Below, piece by piece: positions 13,925 to 27,119 of a DNA stretch of 64,000 bases. Where the stretch lies: contig NC_083284.1 in assembly GCF_963506605.1 (NCBI RefSeq), forward strand, positions 35,278,001 through 35,342,000. The letters are read 5' to 3'. Within the stretch, counting starts at the first letter, position 1. Every line of letters begins with the position of its first letter. The position numbers were made by a program, and so were the translations under genes. Below the pieces are notes generated by a model. That model was not told the DNA's origin. It ran no database searches and was given only the letters and a program-made list of their open reading frames with translations. Source of the stretch: Zootoca vivipara (lineage: Eukaryota).

Positions 13925-15859
13925 AATTTAATGAACATCCATTAGTTTCTATGGATAGGTTACATGTGGAAATAACTGACATCCATTGTTCCCTATGAGG
14001 TGGGGTGCCCTGGAATAGCATTAACCCCCCCCCCAAAAAAAGGGGCAAAGTGTTTTTACTCCAAAAGCAGTAGACTTGGGTGGACATGAGTGAGTATTGG
14101 GTTATTTATATGCTGTAAGCGGAGGAACCTGGTCCTGGGCTAGGAGACCGCTAAACTTTATGAGGCTATTTATTAATAGTCTAAAAAGTATATCTACATA
14201 TTACAACACACATACACACCCACATGCAGACTAGCTCATCTTGGAATTTTCAGGAGGACTATAGTGGGCACACCATAGAGTATCCACTACATAAACAAGG
14301 GAGCACTTAAGGCTGTCGACAGAGCTTTCATCTGCTGCAAAAAGCTGCTCCACTTCATCCCACTAGCAGCAAGTCATTTTTCAGAAGAAATTAGACCAAG
14401 GTGCTGTTGTTATAGCAACAGTCAGAGCCACTTACACAGCTCCCTCCCCCCCCCCAATCTCATTCTGACTTCAGTGGGCAGCTATTTCAATTATGTATAG
14501 GGAGTGACCAGGGCTGCTGCTGTTTAGCGCTTTTATTGCTCCTTCAAAACAAGCTCAGAGGCTGAATTCTCTTTCGGCTTCACATCTGACCATAAAAGTC
14601 AAACAGACTTCATAGCATTTTGTGCCATTTCCGCCCACCCTAAGCTCAGTGGTCAGCAAGACCATAGACAGGGAGGCTCCAATTGTTATCACAGAGCCTT
14701 TAATCTACTGGGCATATAATGGGCATGCTTCCACTAACTTTGCTGTCTTTAAACCACTTCAGGTTCTTCCAGCCGAAAAAATGGCAAACAAGTGCTGACA
14801 GGGGACCAATAACACAACAGAACATCCATTACTTCACAGTACCAAGGAGCCCATGAATCTGCAGAACTGGAGCTCCCAGGAATCTTCTATAATGGGATTT
14901 TGGTTTGACAACATGGACAAGTACAGAAATAATCGAGTGCACCGAGATTGTGGCATTGTAGGTGGTGGAGTAAAAAGGTGCATAGGATTGATCACTGGTG
15001 TGCCTGTATCTTATGCGTGAATAAACAAATACATCCATAAATGCTTCCACTAAGACACAGGTTTGAAGGAAGAACAAAAGGTGCTACATTCTTTATCATC
15101 CCTTGATTCAAATCTCTATTAAAATTGATGTTTCTTATTCTCTGTGTCATTTCAGATGAGCTACGCTGTCATTTGTGCTCAAATGAACTTACATTCCTGC
15201 AGCGATGATTGAGTATTAGGATCACAGAATTGTGAGTCTGGAATGTGTATTGAGGTCAAATACTTCAACCTCTTCACAGGGGAAATATCCTCCATCTAAC
15301 ACACTCCAAAGAGATTAGCAGGCAGCGTCCAGATTATACTGCTCCACAATCAGAAATAAGGAGCAAGGAAGGTGTCTGGACTTTGGGTTGTCTTAACTAA
15401 CTCCAAATTTCATGTAGTCAATGAAACGTGATTTGTCCTTAACAAAGGATGAGAAATGCACTGCCGAATGTCAGATTACTGGGCCAGCTTTTGACTTTTC
15501 TCAGTCATAATCACATGAATATGTGATAAAGGGGAAGGGGATGAACTACCCAATTCATATGCTAAACATTTCTTATGTCATATTTTAAAAATGCTTCAGC
15601 AAAGCAGAAATTGGCTGCATAAACCTACCTCTAAAAAAACACAATGTTCCTTAGACTCCATCTCTGCAATTGGAAGCAAAAGCAAGTGACCACAAGGGTA
15701 GTAAATTATTTCAGATACCGTATTTATGTGCCACCTTTTAGGACAAAGCCCTCTCTAGAGTTTACCGAAATAAGATTTACAACCACAATAAGTTGCAATG
15801 AACAAAGTGTGACAAACACATCAATGAAATCCCTTTAAAGTCAGAATAAAATCATTCAG

Positions 15860-16170
15860 AAAAGGCTTCACAAAGTCTTCAAGGTTTGCATGAAGATTTC
15901 TCAAGAGGGAGATTGGTAGAGTTTTCACAAAAGAGGGTTCCAAACATATGGGGTCACCAGTGAAAAGTCCTTCTCCATAGTATCTGCCCATCTTATTTCT
16001 ACTTGTAGTGGGTCAGAGAATAAGCCCCCTGAAGTCAATAGCAGGTCTTGGGTGGGTTCATTTTGGTGAACGCAGTCCTTCAAATAATTTGGTCCCAGAC
16101 CATTTAGGATTTTAAAAGTAAACACCAGCACTTTGAAATGAGCCTGGAAATGAACTGATAAGAAGCTGAT
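15860..16170 (-). mobile_element. L2 LINE ORF2 C-terminal fragment
   Basis: Translation LVFTFKILNGLGPNYLKD...FSLVTPYVWNPL is typical of the L2/CR1-clade ORF2 C-terminus. Confidence 0.75.
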
Positions 16171-17845
16171 AAAATTTGTGCTATATTTGCCAACCCTCTG
16201 GCCCTATTAGTAGATGCATTTTTACCAGCTGTAGCTTTCAAAATATCTTTAAAATGTAGCTGCACTTATATTGTAGCATAAAGTCTAAAGTACCAAACAT
16301 ACTTAGCATTACATTAGCATCCATACAAGGGGGAGCTCCACATAATGTTGCACCATGGATGCTCCCTGCCCTCTTCCAGAACGCTCCATTTTATCTCTCC
16401 ATTTTACCCCTCTGTTCCTCAAGTGCCTTTGTATGGCTGGAACATCCTTGAACTGCAATAATGCCTCTTGCTTGCCTGAATGAAGGCATGTAGTGCTTGG
16501 GGTGCAGAAACCTATCACTTTTGTATGGTTGAAATGTTGCAGCTGAGACTTATTATGATATGGGTGTGAATTCTGTGGACAATATTAGACTATATATGCG
16601 TCAGCATCCCATAACAGTGCCGGTGTTTTCCATCAGTATTAAAGGGTAGTATTTTCTTTTCTTCATTTTTGGTCTACTTAACATGCAGAAAAGAAGCAAA
16701 CATTAATGTAAACACACAAAATAATAGGTTCTGAAGCAGAGACCAAGAATACAGAGTCCCTTGGGAATGTTTGCAGCAATTACAGGCACAGGTCTAATTA
16801 ATTTTTCCAATACTAAATTATCTGCAAACTCAACTAGACCCCAGCGTAATGATTATGTCAGGGATGAAATTTTGTCATTGGTCTCAGAGAGCTCTGCCCA
16901 CTTCCTGTCTTTGACTTCAGACTGAAATGCTGCCTTGCTCTTTATTTGCACTCAGTTTCCATAGTCACGTCACTTAAAGAAGCAATTTCCCTGCTCATCC
17001 TATTAAAATATACCGGTACTTCTGTTCATAGAGGTGTCTTTATTATGGATGCCCAATGTTTATATCTAGAATATTTAGATAGCGATTATTTCACAAAAAT
17101 AGATGGGGACTTGGCAGTTTATGATCCTCTCTACAATTCCTTGGCAGTGAATTCCATTTCCAATAACAAGACTTACTTTTAACTAAATGGGTTTCAAGAT
17201 TACAAGGTAAACTTTGCATACTTTGAACAGCTGCTGGATTAATATATATGCCACATAATTAAGTGGCTCTTTATTTATGTGAGAGCTCAAGCTGTACATG
17301 GGCTTCACTTTACCCTGTGTGAAGACTTGCCCCTGTAGTTCATATGGATGTATAGGACTCCCAAGATACCCCTAGAAGCAGGGGTATAGAGTCTCCCAGG
17401 GCAGCCCACCCATGCTATGCCATTGCCTCGAAGATATTTAGGGGTTGAAAGGGGAAGGTTAGGGGGAGAACATGTCATTGTGCAGGCAGAAATCCTTGCG
17501 CTGACAAAAAGTTCCCATAGCTCTACATTGGATTCAACCTGGTATCTCCCTGAGTATCATTATTTTTCACACCTAAAAAATGTTACGCAGCAACCTTGAG
17601 GGAACACATGCAGATTGTACACCAAAAAGCAGGAAAAAGGGAAAGGAAGGTCTGTTTATTGACTGGGAAATTGACCACAGAGGCCCTTAGAAAGATGCTA
17701 ACAGCTAACATGCTGGCCACTGTGGAAGTGAACAGCAGCAGTTGGTAGGGCGAGGTCAGTGTGGTGCATAATACAGGCAGTGCCAATCCAGTGCTCTTGC
17801 TGGTGCAATTGCACCATGCAGACCTTACTACCTCCTCACTTCTTC

Positions 17846-18210
17846 CAGGCCCGTCTTAACCACATCTTAACCACATCAAGCGCCGCCCCCCCAACTCACC
17901 GCGGACACAGAGGAGGGACATGGCATGGGCGGGCCGGGCGCTGAGGGTGGGCCAGGCTCAGGGGCGCTGCAGTGGGTGGGCCGGGCTGCCTGTTTGTCCT
18001 CCGGGGCGCCGGTGCCGCCTCCTCCTGCGTGGAGGCCTCTTTGGGGGGGGTGCCGTTTAGCGCCCGGCCTCTTGTCCTCCTTATGCCCCCGACCCAACCC
18101 GCCAGGCTGAGGCCGGGACTCGAACCCGCGGCAGGCGGGCGGGCGGCAAGGAGCAGGGTGGCCGGGCTGTCTGGTGGGTGCAGCGCAGTGCCTCCTGGTG
18201 GCCCGGCGCA
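17846..18210. mobile_element. GC-rich probable hAT (Tip100-like) fragment, one end only
   Basis: Starts caggcccgtcttaacc; abrupt GC/CpG-rich block; no partner TIR or TSD found. Confidence 0.45.
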
Positions 18211-18317
18211 TTTAAAATATTAGTTACAGGTGATCCCAGTTCAAGGTGCAAAATTTAAAACAAAACAATTGAATAAAGCACAGTTAAGAATACACATCAA
18301 CACATTTGAACCACCTG

Positions 18318-18574
18318 GAGAGGCGCCGTGGGTTAAACCACGGAGCCTAGGGCTTGCTAATCAGAAAGTCGACAGTTCAAATCCCTGTGACAGGGTGAGC
18401 TCCCATTGCTAGGTCCCTTCTCCTACCAACCCAGCAGTTCGAAAGCATGTCAAAGTGCAAGTAGATAAATAGGTACCACTTTGGCGGGAAGGTAAGTGGC
18501 GTTTCAGTGCGCTGCTCTAGTTCGCCAGAAAGCGGTTTAGTCATGCTGGCCACATGACCCAGAAGCTGTACGCC
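18318..18574 (+). mobile_element. Sauria SINE (Squam1/POM-type), 3'-truncated
   Basis: gtgggttaaaccacggagcctagg...agcagttcgaaagca...gtgcaagtagataaataggtacc...gtcatgctggccacatgacc. Confidence 0.9.
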
Positions 18575-19409
18575 ATAAAACCTTTTGCTTTTGACAATCT
18601 TAAGAGTGTTTTCTATTTTTTTGTTTTTATTTTGCTTAAAAAGAGCAAAACAACAACAATCCCACAATGGTGTTTTCTATAGCTAGATCTTCACAGTAAA
18701 CAAGATCCAAGGGAAAGTCAGTGTGAGAGTTTACCACTAAAAGTTCCTAAAAGTACAGAGCAGAATCTTGCTTTGTATGTTGTTTTCAGGTGTGTTGCGG
18801 AAATGTACCACAGCACATCCACAAAGTGGGCTCCTGTTAATCCTTACTCTCCTCATTAATGGACTTTCATTTGTATCTTTTCATCCTGTTGTGGTAAAAA
18901 AAAAAAAAAACACTGCTCGGAATAGGTTTTGTCCGTCCAGAGACAAAAGATTTTAGGATTATATTTATGTTGGCAATTAGGTATTTTCCACTCAAAAACT
19001 CTTGTCCTTGCTGCATGCAACAGCCACGTTACTCCCCTCTCCCACATTACATCTTGACCACTATCTAAATTAGCTCTTCAGGGATTTGGAAGCACCTCAA
19101 AACACCTGCTTAAACTGAAAATCTACCTAGAGAAGTACACCCATGCTCCCAAGGTAGAAGCCCTACATTAGCTTTCTGTATTCTCTCATGTCATAAAGGA
19201 GAGCAGCGGTGAGTCTCGCCCCTTTCCCAGGTCACAGTTCCCATTGCCCTTTATGATTTGGAGCACAAGCTGTAGTCCAAACCTGGCACCCTGGAAGGTG
19301 CCAAGTTGGTGATGGCTGCTATAACTCATTGAGGGCAATGGGGACTGCAACACAGAGGCAGAGCTGGTATGTTCTTCATCACCGTGTGAGGCCTTTGGAA
19401 TGCCTAAAC

Positions 19410-19522
19410 CAGGCATAGGCAAACTCACAATTCCCATCATCCCTAGCTAACAGGACCAGTGGTCAGGGATTAGGGGAATTGTAGTCCCAAACATCTGGAG
19501 GGCCAGAGTTTGCCTATGCCTG
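19410..19522. mobile_element. hAT MITE (MER5/URR1-like) with internal deletion
   Basis: TIR caggcataggcaaact/agtttgcctatgcctg; TSD gcctaaac (19402-19409, 19523-19530). Confidence 0.9.
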
Positions 19523-20353
19523 GCCTAAACAGAGCTAGAGCCAGAGCTAGAGTTCTATACAACTGCTACAAGCACCTATTGGCTACGACCTGTAACATCA
19601 TTTCTTTGGCCCAAACACATACTGCTTTGGAAAAGCTTTGAAATCAATTTTTGAAGATATGCACTTTAGTATGTTTGGTACACAGAAGTACACCACTTGT
19701 TGGCAAGCTAGTTTCTCTCTTTCCTCTTTACCTTTGAGGGAGGGAAACACACTTCGTCATGGGAAACCATAGTTATCTTTGTCTATTGCTGTAAGGGACA
19801 GTGATTAATAGAAGATCAGTCTGTTCACAGTAGCAAAGACATGTGCGCTTCTCAGCGGCTTCTTTCTTGCAGCTCTAGAGATGGCCAGTCAAATGGAGAC
19901 AAACACTACAATTCCCTGTGCACAGGTGGCAATTCCATGCATTTAAGAGCCCCCTTCCATGAGTGGTCTTCAGATCATGGCTTCAGTAATGTTTTGATTG
20001 AATAACTGCAAAGGAGCTGCATCTCTGCAGAACTAAGTAACGCCTGAGCAAGGTTTAAGACTGTAATTATGACCACAGCATCTGCTATTCCGGAAATCTT
20101 TCTTATTTTCTTTCAGGGCTAAAGAAGAAAAGAATGAATGGTGTAATACCCAAGCTTTGGTGGGCAGGTTTAGGGGCAAAGTATGTTTTTATCATTGATT
20201 TTCCATTGCTATTGTGAACGCCTTCATGTTTCTGCCTTCTGTGCAGTGTGCAGCTTAGTTTACTTGCTTGAATAATCTGTAACAATTTGCTCTACAGAGA
20301 GGTCTTACTAGTGAGCACCTGGTCTCTGCTTCTGGAAACTGTACTCTCTATAG

Positions 20354-21101
20354 CAGGGGTTCCCAACAAAATTTTCTCGAGGACCCCTCATCGAGCCGCT
20401 ATTGTGACAAGGACCCCCATTACTTCCTAATCCTAAAATTAAAAAGTGAGAGCCAAATTAAGAGTCTTTATATATTTTATATTTATACGTTTTTTATAGT
20501 TACAACAGAGTACTCCATCAGTATACAGTTAGTTTTAATTTTCAGTTCTTAATGAGATGAGTTAAATCTGTCCTTTGAGTCCATTATTTCTGAAATATTA
20601 GGTTCCAAACTTGAAACTTTCACTCTGAAATCCGACTGCATGTCGAGCCGATTCCTATATTTGTTTTTCATGAAACACATGGAACTGTAGCTTCCGCGAA
20701 AAACAACGCTTTGTTTACAAACACTACTGTTTTGCAAAGAGGCAGCGCGCGCCAGGGAGGAGGGAGGGGAATGGAGAAAGGGTACCTGCGCAGTAGCGCA
20801 CAAATGAAGCCGACACGCACAAAGCATCTTGGGGAGGTGAGCATTAGTAGAATGCGCGGGCTGCCTCTTTGCAAAACAGTAGTGTTTGTAAAGCACCACC
20901 TAACGGCATACAGCAGAACTACTGCCTCTATCTAATTCTAGTTTTGCGCTAGACTCTGCTCATGCAGGAAGCGGCCAAAACAAAAAATCTGTTATACGAA
21001 ATATATTTAATATATTTTTTATTCTAATAGCATCTTGCGGACCCCTCTGGCATAGCTCGCGGACCCCTGGGGGTCCCCGGACCACCTGTTGGGAACCACT
21101 G
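20354..21101 (-). mobile_element. Internally deleted Buster/Charlie hAT retaining the transposase C-terminus
   Basis: TIR caggggttcccaac/gttgggaaccactg; TSD ctctatag (20346-20353, 21102-21109). Minus strand ~20695-20549 encodes SYSSMCFMKNKYRNRLDMQSDFRVKVSSLEPNISEIMDSKDRFNSSH*, the end of the hAT dimerization domain. Confidence 0.9.
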
Positions 21102-23861
21102 CTCTATAGCATAAGTGGATCTGTGGATAATTCTGCCGGCAGCTGAGGACTGGACTTGACAGTCTGCTAACTTTATGTCTTCTGTAGGAGGTGGGAATAA
21201 CATTGTCCTTAGATCCATTTTTAAAACCAGTGGTTAGCTCCCCTCATGAAAAAAGGCACTTTACATACACCCAAAAGCAGCTCTGCCATTACTGCCAGAT
21301 TTTGTTGGAAAAAAGAAAAAAAAAGAAACCAATTCTAGTCTCTTTCATCCAAAACAGCCACAGGTGTCACTTGGTTGCCAAATGCCTGCCTGAGGCTCTT
21401 CTGACTTTTGCTTCATTAAGACATGGGCATCAGGCTTCATAGAGCTTTTGCAGCACATGTATATGTTTGGTTCTCTCCTCCCCAACTTCTTGTATTGTTT
21501 TTATATTTTAAGGTTATCATATTATAACTGAAGGCTCATCCACATTTACACTTCTCCTACTGCTTCCCCCTGGGGAAATGTGCTCCTTACCTTGGAACTG
21601 GAAGAAATGTCAATTGGATTTTTCACAGATTGACATTTGCTCCAATACAGCTGTAAAGAGTGGATTTTCCTGAGCAAGTGATGGAGCAAACAGAAAACCA
21701 CTCAAAGCTGTTTCTAGAAAGCACAGGAGAAGTGGAAAACCAGTCGGATCCATGCTTTTTTTCTATGCACAAGACAAGTGAAGTGGGGGCAAGCCTTGAA
21801 TATGCTGCTGTTGCTCTGAGGATGATTTCAATGTTTTGTAAATATGTTGTTTTAAAAAATGATGTAAGCCACTTTGTGGAAAGTCTTACACCCTTGCACT
21901 TTAGCAGAATCCAGAGACCTCTTTCAAAAATTCCACAGTATTTGATTTATGAGATTCCTCCAATGGAGGCCTGAAAACACTCCAAAGTGCTAATTTGTTT
22001 CAGCAGTAGCTTGCATTCATGGAAAGGGAATCAAGCCCATAAGACTACTACTGAAATTAGGACAATGAGAGCAGCATCTGCAGTTGCTAGCATCAGAACT
22101 ATTGTGACTGTTGAATGCAAACAACTTATTTTGTGCTACAAAGGCCACTGGCGGCTTGGTCTTCCAAGTGCCGTTTTAGAGCAAGCCCCAGTGAAGCAAA
22201 TAAGCTGACAAAGCATGTCGAGGATCACAGCCGACAGGCTTTGAAAGAGATGGGGATGCCAAGAGGAAGGGCTTATGTTTGACATTTTTTCCTGAGGGTA
22301 TAACAGAAGCTGTGTGCTCCGAGGAGGATAGCTTCAAGAACATGGACCAGAAGGTCAAACTACACCACAGGAAAAAGAAAGGCATAAACACAGGAGTGGA
22401 AGAGACAAGCATATGGAACATCTCATCTGGTATACTGCCACACCACATAACAATAGGGAAAGGACAGCATGACTGCACCATCATCAAATATATAATAACT
22501 TAAATCTGAAAAATCACAGAATCGGTTCCATTAAGGTGGAAGGATATGAGCCACAGTTCCAAATGCCTTACTTCACGGGTGTCAGAGTCAAGGCCCGGGG
22601 GCCTAATCCGGCCCGCCAGACCTCGTGATGTGGCCCGCTGCCCGCCCAGGGCCGGAACGTTCACTTAGGCACGCCTGTGGTGGCTTTCTTTCCCCTGAGC
22701 TTACGGCGCGCTTTTGTTTTCTTTCTGAGGCTGCCGGGCTCGGGGCTGGGGAGGAGGGGAGAGGGGCGGGCTAGGCTAGCAAGGCGCCGCATTATTGGCT
22801 GGCTGGCGTGACGCTGCCGCCCCTCCCTCCTAACTGGCCCGCCCCTCGCCTCCCTGCTCCTAGAAGGCGGAGCATGGTGCTGCGCCTCTCAGCTGTTTTT
22901 TTTTGCTTCTAGGGGGGGCAGCTGCGGGGGGGAGGAGGAGAGGTTTGACAGGGAGCAGGGAAGGCACGGGGGCTGCCCTTCCTCCTCCCATGCCACCGCC
23001 AGCGTGCCACTGCAGCTGCCCCCCTAGAAGCAAAAAACAGCTGAGAGGTGCAGCAGCCGGAGGAGGAGCAGGAGAAGGTGGACAAGGTCGGGGCCTCTGC
23101 AGCGGTGGCGGCGGCTCCGCGTCCGTCCGTCCGGGCTCCCGTCCGGGCTCCTCGCCTTGCTCCTGGCCAAGACGCGCCCCTCCCTCCCTCGCCGCCTCCT
23201 TGTCCCTCCTTCCTCCCCTTCCTCCGCAGGCTCCTCCTCGCGCCCTGCGCGCGGGCATCTCAGCGGCAGCTGCAGACGCCGCTCCTGCTGCGCTTGCAAT
23301 TGCAAGCAGAGAGGGCTGCTAGCAACGCCTCTGCTTTATTTCTCCACCGCCCCCTCCCTTCCAGGAGCCCGGGTCAGGATCCAAGCGCCACCCAAGACTT
23401 TTCTCCCTCTTTGCTGCTTTCGGGTGAGCACGGAGGATGGCTCCACCTCCTTCCCTCCAAAGCAGCTCCGCTCTGGGAAAAGCGAGCCTGCCCCTCCTCC
23501 CCTGCTCCGTGAAGCATCTCTGCCGCTTGCAAAAGCTTGCTTTTACAAGCTGCGGGGGGAGGGGGAGAGGTTTGACAGGGAGCAGGGCAGGCACGGGGGC
23601 TGCCATCATGAAGAGGAGGGGAGCAGCCCTTAACGATGCTGCTCTTCTTCCTCCCAAGCCACTGCCAGCATGCTCCGCTTTTGCGGTGGAGGGGGGAGGA
23701 ACGAGCAGCCCACCCGCGTTAGCAGCCGCGGTGACAGGAAAAAAGTCGCTTCCCTTAGCTGCTCTTTGTTGAACGGGGCGAGGGGCAGAGAGGGCTGCTC
23801 CAACCCCAAGATACACACAGAGAGCCCTTAAGCTTCTCTTCAACACCTCTTTACTTGCTTC

Positions 23862-23862
<1 letters not shown>

Positions 23863-23899
<37 letters not shown>
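23863..23899. repeat. (CA)n microsatellite inside the hAT element
   Basis: Perfect dinucleotide run. Confidence 0.98.
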
Positions 23900-23900
<1 letters not shown>

Positions 23901-23979
23901 CACTTGAGTTTGTTCAACACCCCCACACCTTTATTTGATTCAACACCCCCCTACAAACGCACACACACACACCTTGATA

Positions 23980-24270
23980 TGGAAGATGGAGCAAGTTTGT
24001 TTTATCCTGCTCTGGAGGGCAGGACTCAAATGAATGGCTTCAAGTTAAAAGAAAGGAGATTCCAAACTAAACATCAGGAATAACCTTCTGGTTGAAAGAG
24101 CTGTTTGTCAGTGGAGTGGTCTCCCTTGGGAGGTGGTGGACTCTCCTTGGAGGTTTCTAAGCAGAGGTTGCATGACCATCTGTCATGGAAGCTTTTGTTG
24201 AGGTTCCTGCATTGCAGGGGGTTGGATTGGATGACCCTCAGGGTCCCTCCCAACTCTACAAATCTATGAT
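23980..24270 (+). mobile_element. CR1 LINE 3' fragment nested in the hAT
   Basis: aatggcttcaagtt..gaaaggagattcc..ctaaacatcaggaa...gggggttggattggatgaccctcagggtccctcccaactcta..ctatgat. Confidence 0.85.
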
Positions 24271-24914
24271 AAAGTGTTAGTCAGCAGCTGCCGCCGATCC
24301 TGCTGCTGAACTGCGTTCAGAGGAGGGGAAAAGAAAAAAGGAGAGTGCTTCTGGGCATGCAGGTCACCTTAAAAGACCACCACATTAGTGCCACGTGGCG
24401 GAGCGGGCACTAAGAAGCTTGTACAGATACAACCGGCCCTTTGAGGGTGACCAAACTGTTGATGCGGCCCCCGATGAATTTGAGTTTGACACCCCTGCCT
24501 TACTTTATCCCTCATTTTATCATCACAACAACACTGTGAAATTGGTTAGACTCAGAAATAACAAGTTTGCCAAGGTTGTAACTTTTTATTATGGGAGAGG
24601 TCTCCCTACAACTCTGGAAAAGTGGCCTGTTTTGCCTTTAGAGCAGCAATTTTAAGGAGGAAAGTTTGTGGGGATGAGAAGTCATTGGTGCATTATTTCA
24701 GGGAGCAAAATCTTATCTGACTGCCTGGTTTAAATAATTACTTTAACTGTGTAACATTTTATGCATTTTAGGTGTGTTTTTTGTGTTATTTGGCTTTAGC
24801 TGCACAAATAAATAATATTTGTATTTGTGTGACACAGGAGGTCAATACTCCTCATTCTTTTCGCACATACATGCTTCTGTTCCCCCATGATTTCCCCATG
24901 AAAACAGCAGGGCT

Positions 24915-25150
24915 GGTAAAGGTAAAGGGACCCCTGACCATTAGGTCCAGTCGCAGACGACTCTGGGGTTGCGGCGCTCATCTCGCTTTTCTGGCCTATT
25001 TATCTACTTGCACTTTGAGGTGCTTTCAAACTGCTAGGTTGGCAGGAGCAGGGACCAAACAACGGGAGCTCATCCCGTTGCGAGGATTCAAACCACCAAC
25101 CTTCTGATCAGCAAGCCCTAGGCTCTGTGGTATAACCCACAGTGCCACCC
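24915..25150 (-). mobile_element. Sauria SINE with internal deletion
   Basis: Reverse strand gives the tRNA-like head and (ACCTTT)n tail; the central ~120 bp is missing relative to the 18318 copy. Confidence 0.9.
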
Positions 25151-26360
25151 CAAATTCCAGCATTTTATGCCTACAATTAGGGTTAAGGGGTCCGCAAAGG
25201 CATTTTTTTCTGGAATAAAAAATCGCAGAAAGGAGCACTAAGCATACATTATATTCCATCCGTTTTCTGAAGTGGCTTCTAAATCGTGTGGAAGCTCAAA
25301 CATAATGTGGAAATTAACAGTTAGGGAAACATGTGAATGTAGCCCTGGATAGCACTATTGCACACCTATAAACCACAGAATGTTGCATTACAGGTTTGCA
25401 GAAGGAGTGAAACAGAATATCGTCCCTTTCTTATTCAGTATTGTACTGGCTTTGCAGTGTATATTCAAAGAATCCAAATTATACCAAAAATGTGGCACCA
25501 CAAGTTGACAAACTTCTAACACAGGAACCTGGAGCCCTAAATATGGAGCCAAGTTAGCATTGCTAATGTAAATTTTAATTTTTCTCATTCAAACATTTGA
25601 CCTCTTTCCACTAGCATCAAGGATGCACACCTCTTATCAACTATTGCGAAGTCTAATATCCTTACTTTTCTTTAGAACAAAAGCTAAAAACACATTTTGC
25701 TGACAAAGGGAAATGCAAAAGAAATGTTAATAAAAACACTACCCTAGCAGAATTTCCATAACCTAGAAAAATGAGTTTGCCCACTGGAGGGCTCTAATAT
25801 TGTTTCAACTACCATAGAAACACATCAAAATGTTGAAACGGAAATTATTTCAATGTATGGGAATAGAGCATTCAAATATGTACAATATACCAAACTCCAT
25901 GGATATGCATACATTTTAATGGAGGTCAGAAGTAATCTAACTGTGTTTTGCACTTCTAATACAAAAGAATGGTTTCTCTCTTTCTTCCAGTTCTTATGAA
26001 TAACTTAATTAAGCATCCACCTGTTAACTTTTCTTTTGCACATTATCATAGAATGTTCACACCAGTGTAACAGAAGCTAAAATAAATTCTTTGTAATATT
26101 TATGCAGCAGTACACAATTTTAACTTGGGGCTTAGGTCTGCTGCTTCATTTTTCAGGGGTGCCAGGCGTTCGTGAACCTGGTGGCCCACCTCAGTTTATA
26201 TGGCTGACAGAGTTGCTCAAGACTGGCTTGTGATCCACATGGCTAGACTTCCCCCTGCAATGAGCACATGCAGGAAAATATCTGCCTTTCCCCAGGACAC
26301 TTTCCTAAACCCCTAAAGAATACAATACACTCACAAATAAAACCAGCACTACCTTTAGAT

Positions 26361-27013
26361 CAGCGTTTCTCAACCGGTGTTTCGCGGCACAGTAGTGTGC
26401 CGCGAGACACCGGCTGGTGTGCCGCGACGTGCGGCGAGGAAAAGGGCACTTTGCATTGCTGACGGACTTCTGGCGAGGCAAGATGGCGCGCGGCACGGCA
26501 GCGCGAAGCTCCTGAGAGCGACCAGCGTGCCCGTGCCACCAGCCTAGCCTCCGGACCGCCGGAACTGCCGCCGGTACGCGGGCGCCAAGAGAGCCCGGCG
26601 GATCGACCGGGGAGCCGCTGGAGGCCCCCCTGCGACCCCACCGGAGCGACACCGAAAGCGCCCGGCTGGAGGATCGACGGACCCCTGGGCTCCACGGCAG
26701 CCGCGTGGGCGTCAGAATCGCCCGGCGGATCAAGCGGGGAGCCGCTAAGGCCCCCCAGCGAGCCCGCCTGCAGCCGGGAAGAGCTCCGAAGCCCGGGACC
26801 TCCCACAACGCGACGGCCCTGCCTCGTCGCCGCAGCCGTCGCCACCCCAGCCGCCCCAGGAGAAGAGGAAAAGGAGGGAGCCCCCCCCCAGGTGAGGGAA
26901 AAAGGGAAAGATAGGGAGGAGAGGGCCCCCCGCCCCCCCAACCCATGGTGTGCTGCGGGATTTTTTTTCATTGAACAAGTGTGCCGTGGCCCAAAAAAGG
27001 TTGAGAAACACTG
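26361..27013. mobile_element. Non-autonomous hAT with CpG-rich interior
   Basis: TIR cagcgtttctcaacc/ggttgagaaacactg; TSD ctttagat (26353-26360, 27014-27021). Confidence 0.92.
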
Positions 27014-27119
27014 CTTTAGATCACAAAATGGGCTCCTCAATCAAACTTGCATGTGAATAATCATAATCACAGCATTCCATTCCAGGCACATGAAACCAGT
27101 CGCAAGGCCTAAATTCTGG

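Larger units (their letters stand above)
22574..24497. mobile_element. 1.9-kb non-autonomous hAT carrying GC-rich cargo, (CA)n and a CR1 tail
   Basis: Ends cacgggtgtcagagtcaaggccc/gcggcccc...tgagtttgacacccctg; perfect TSD ccttactt (22566-22573, 24498-24505). Confidence 0.88.

Noticed and set aside
22860-23903. Multiple Gly/Ala/Pro/Arg-rich ORFs and an apparent CpG-island promoter
   Set aside because: Enclosed by hAT TIRs and a TSD; stop-poor GC-rich DNA; not MAML3 exon 1.
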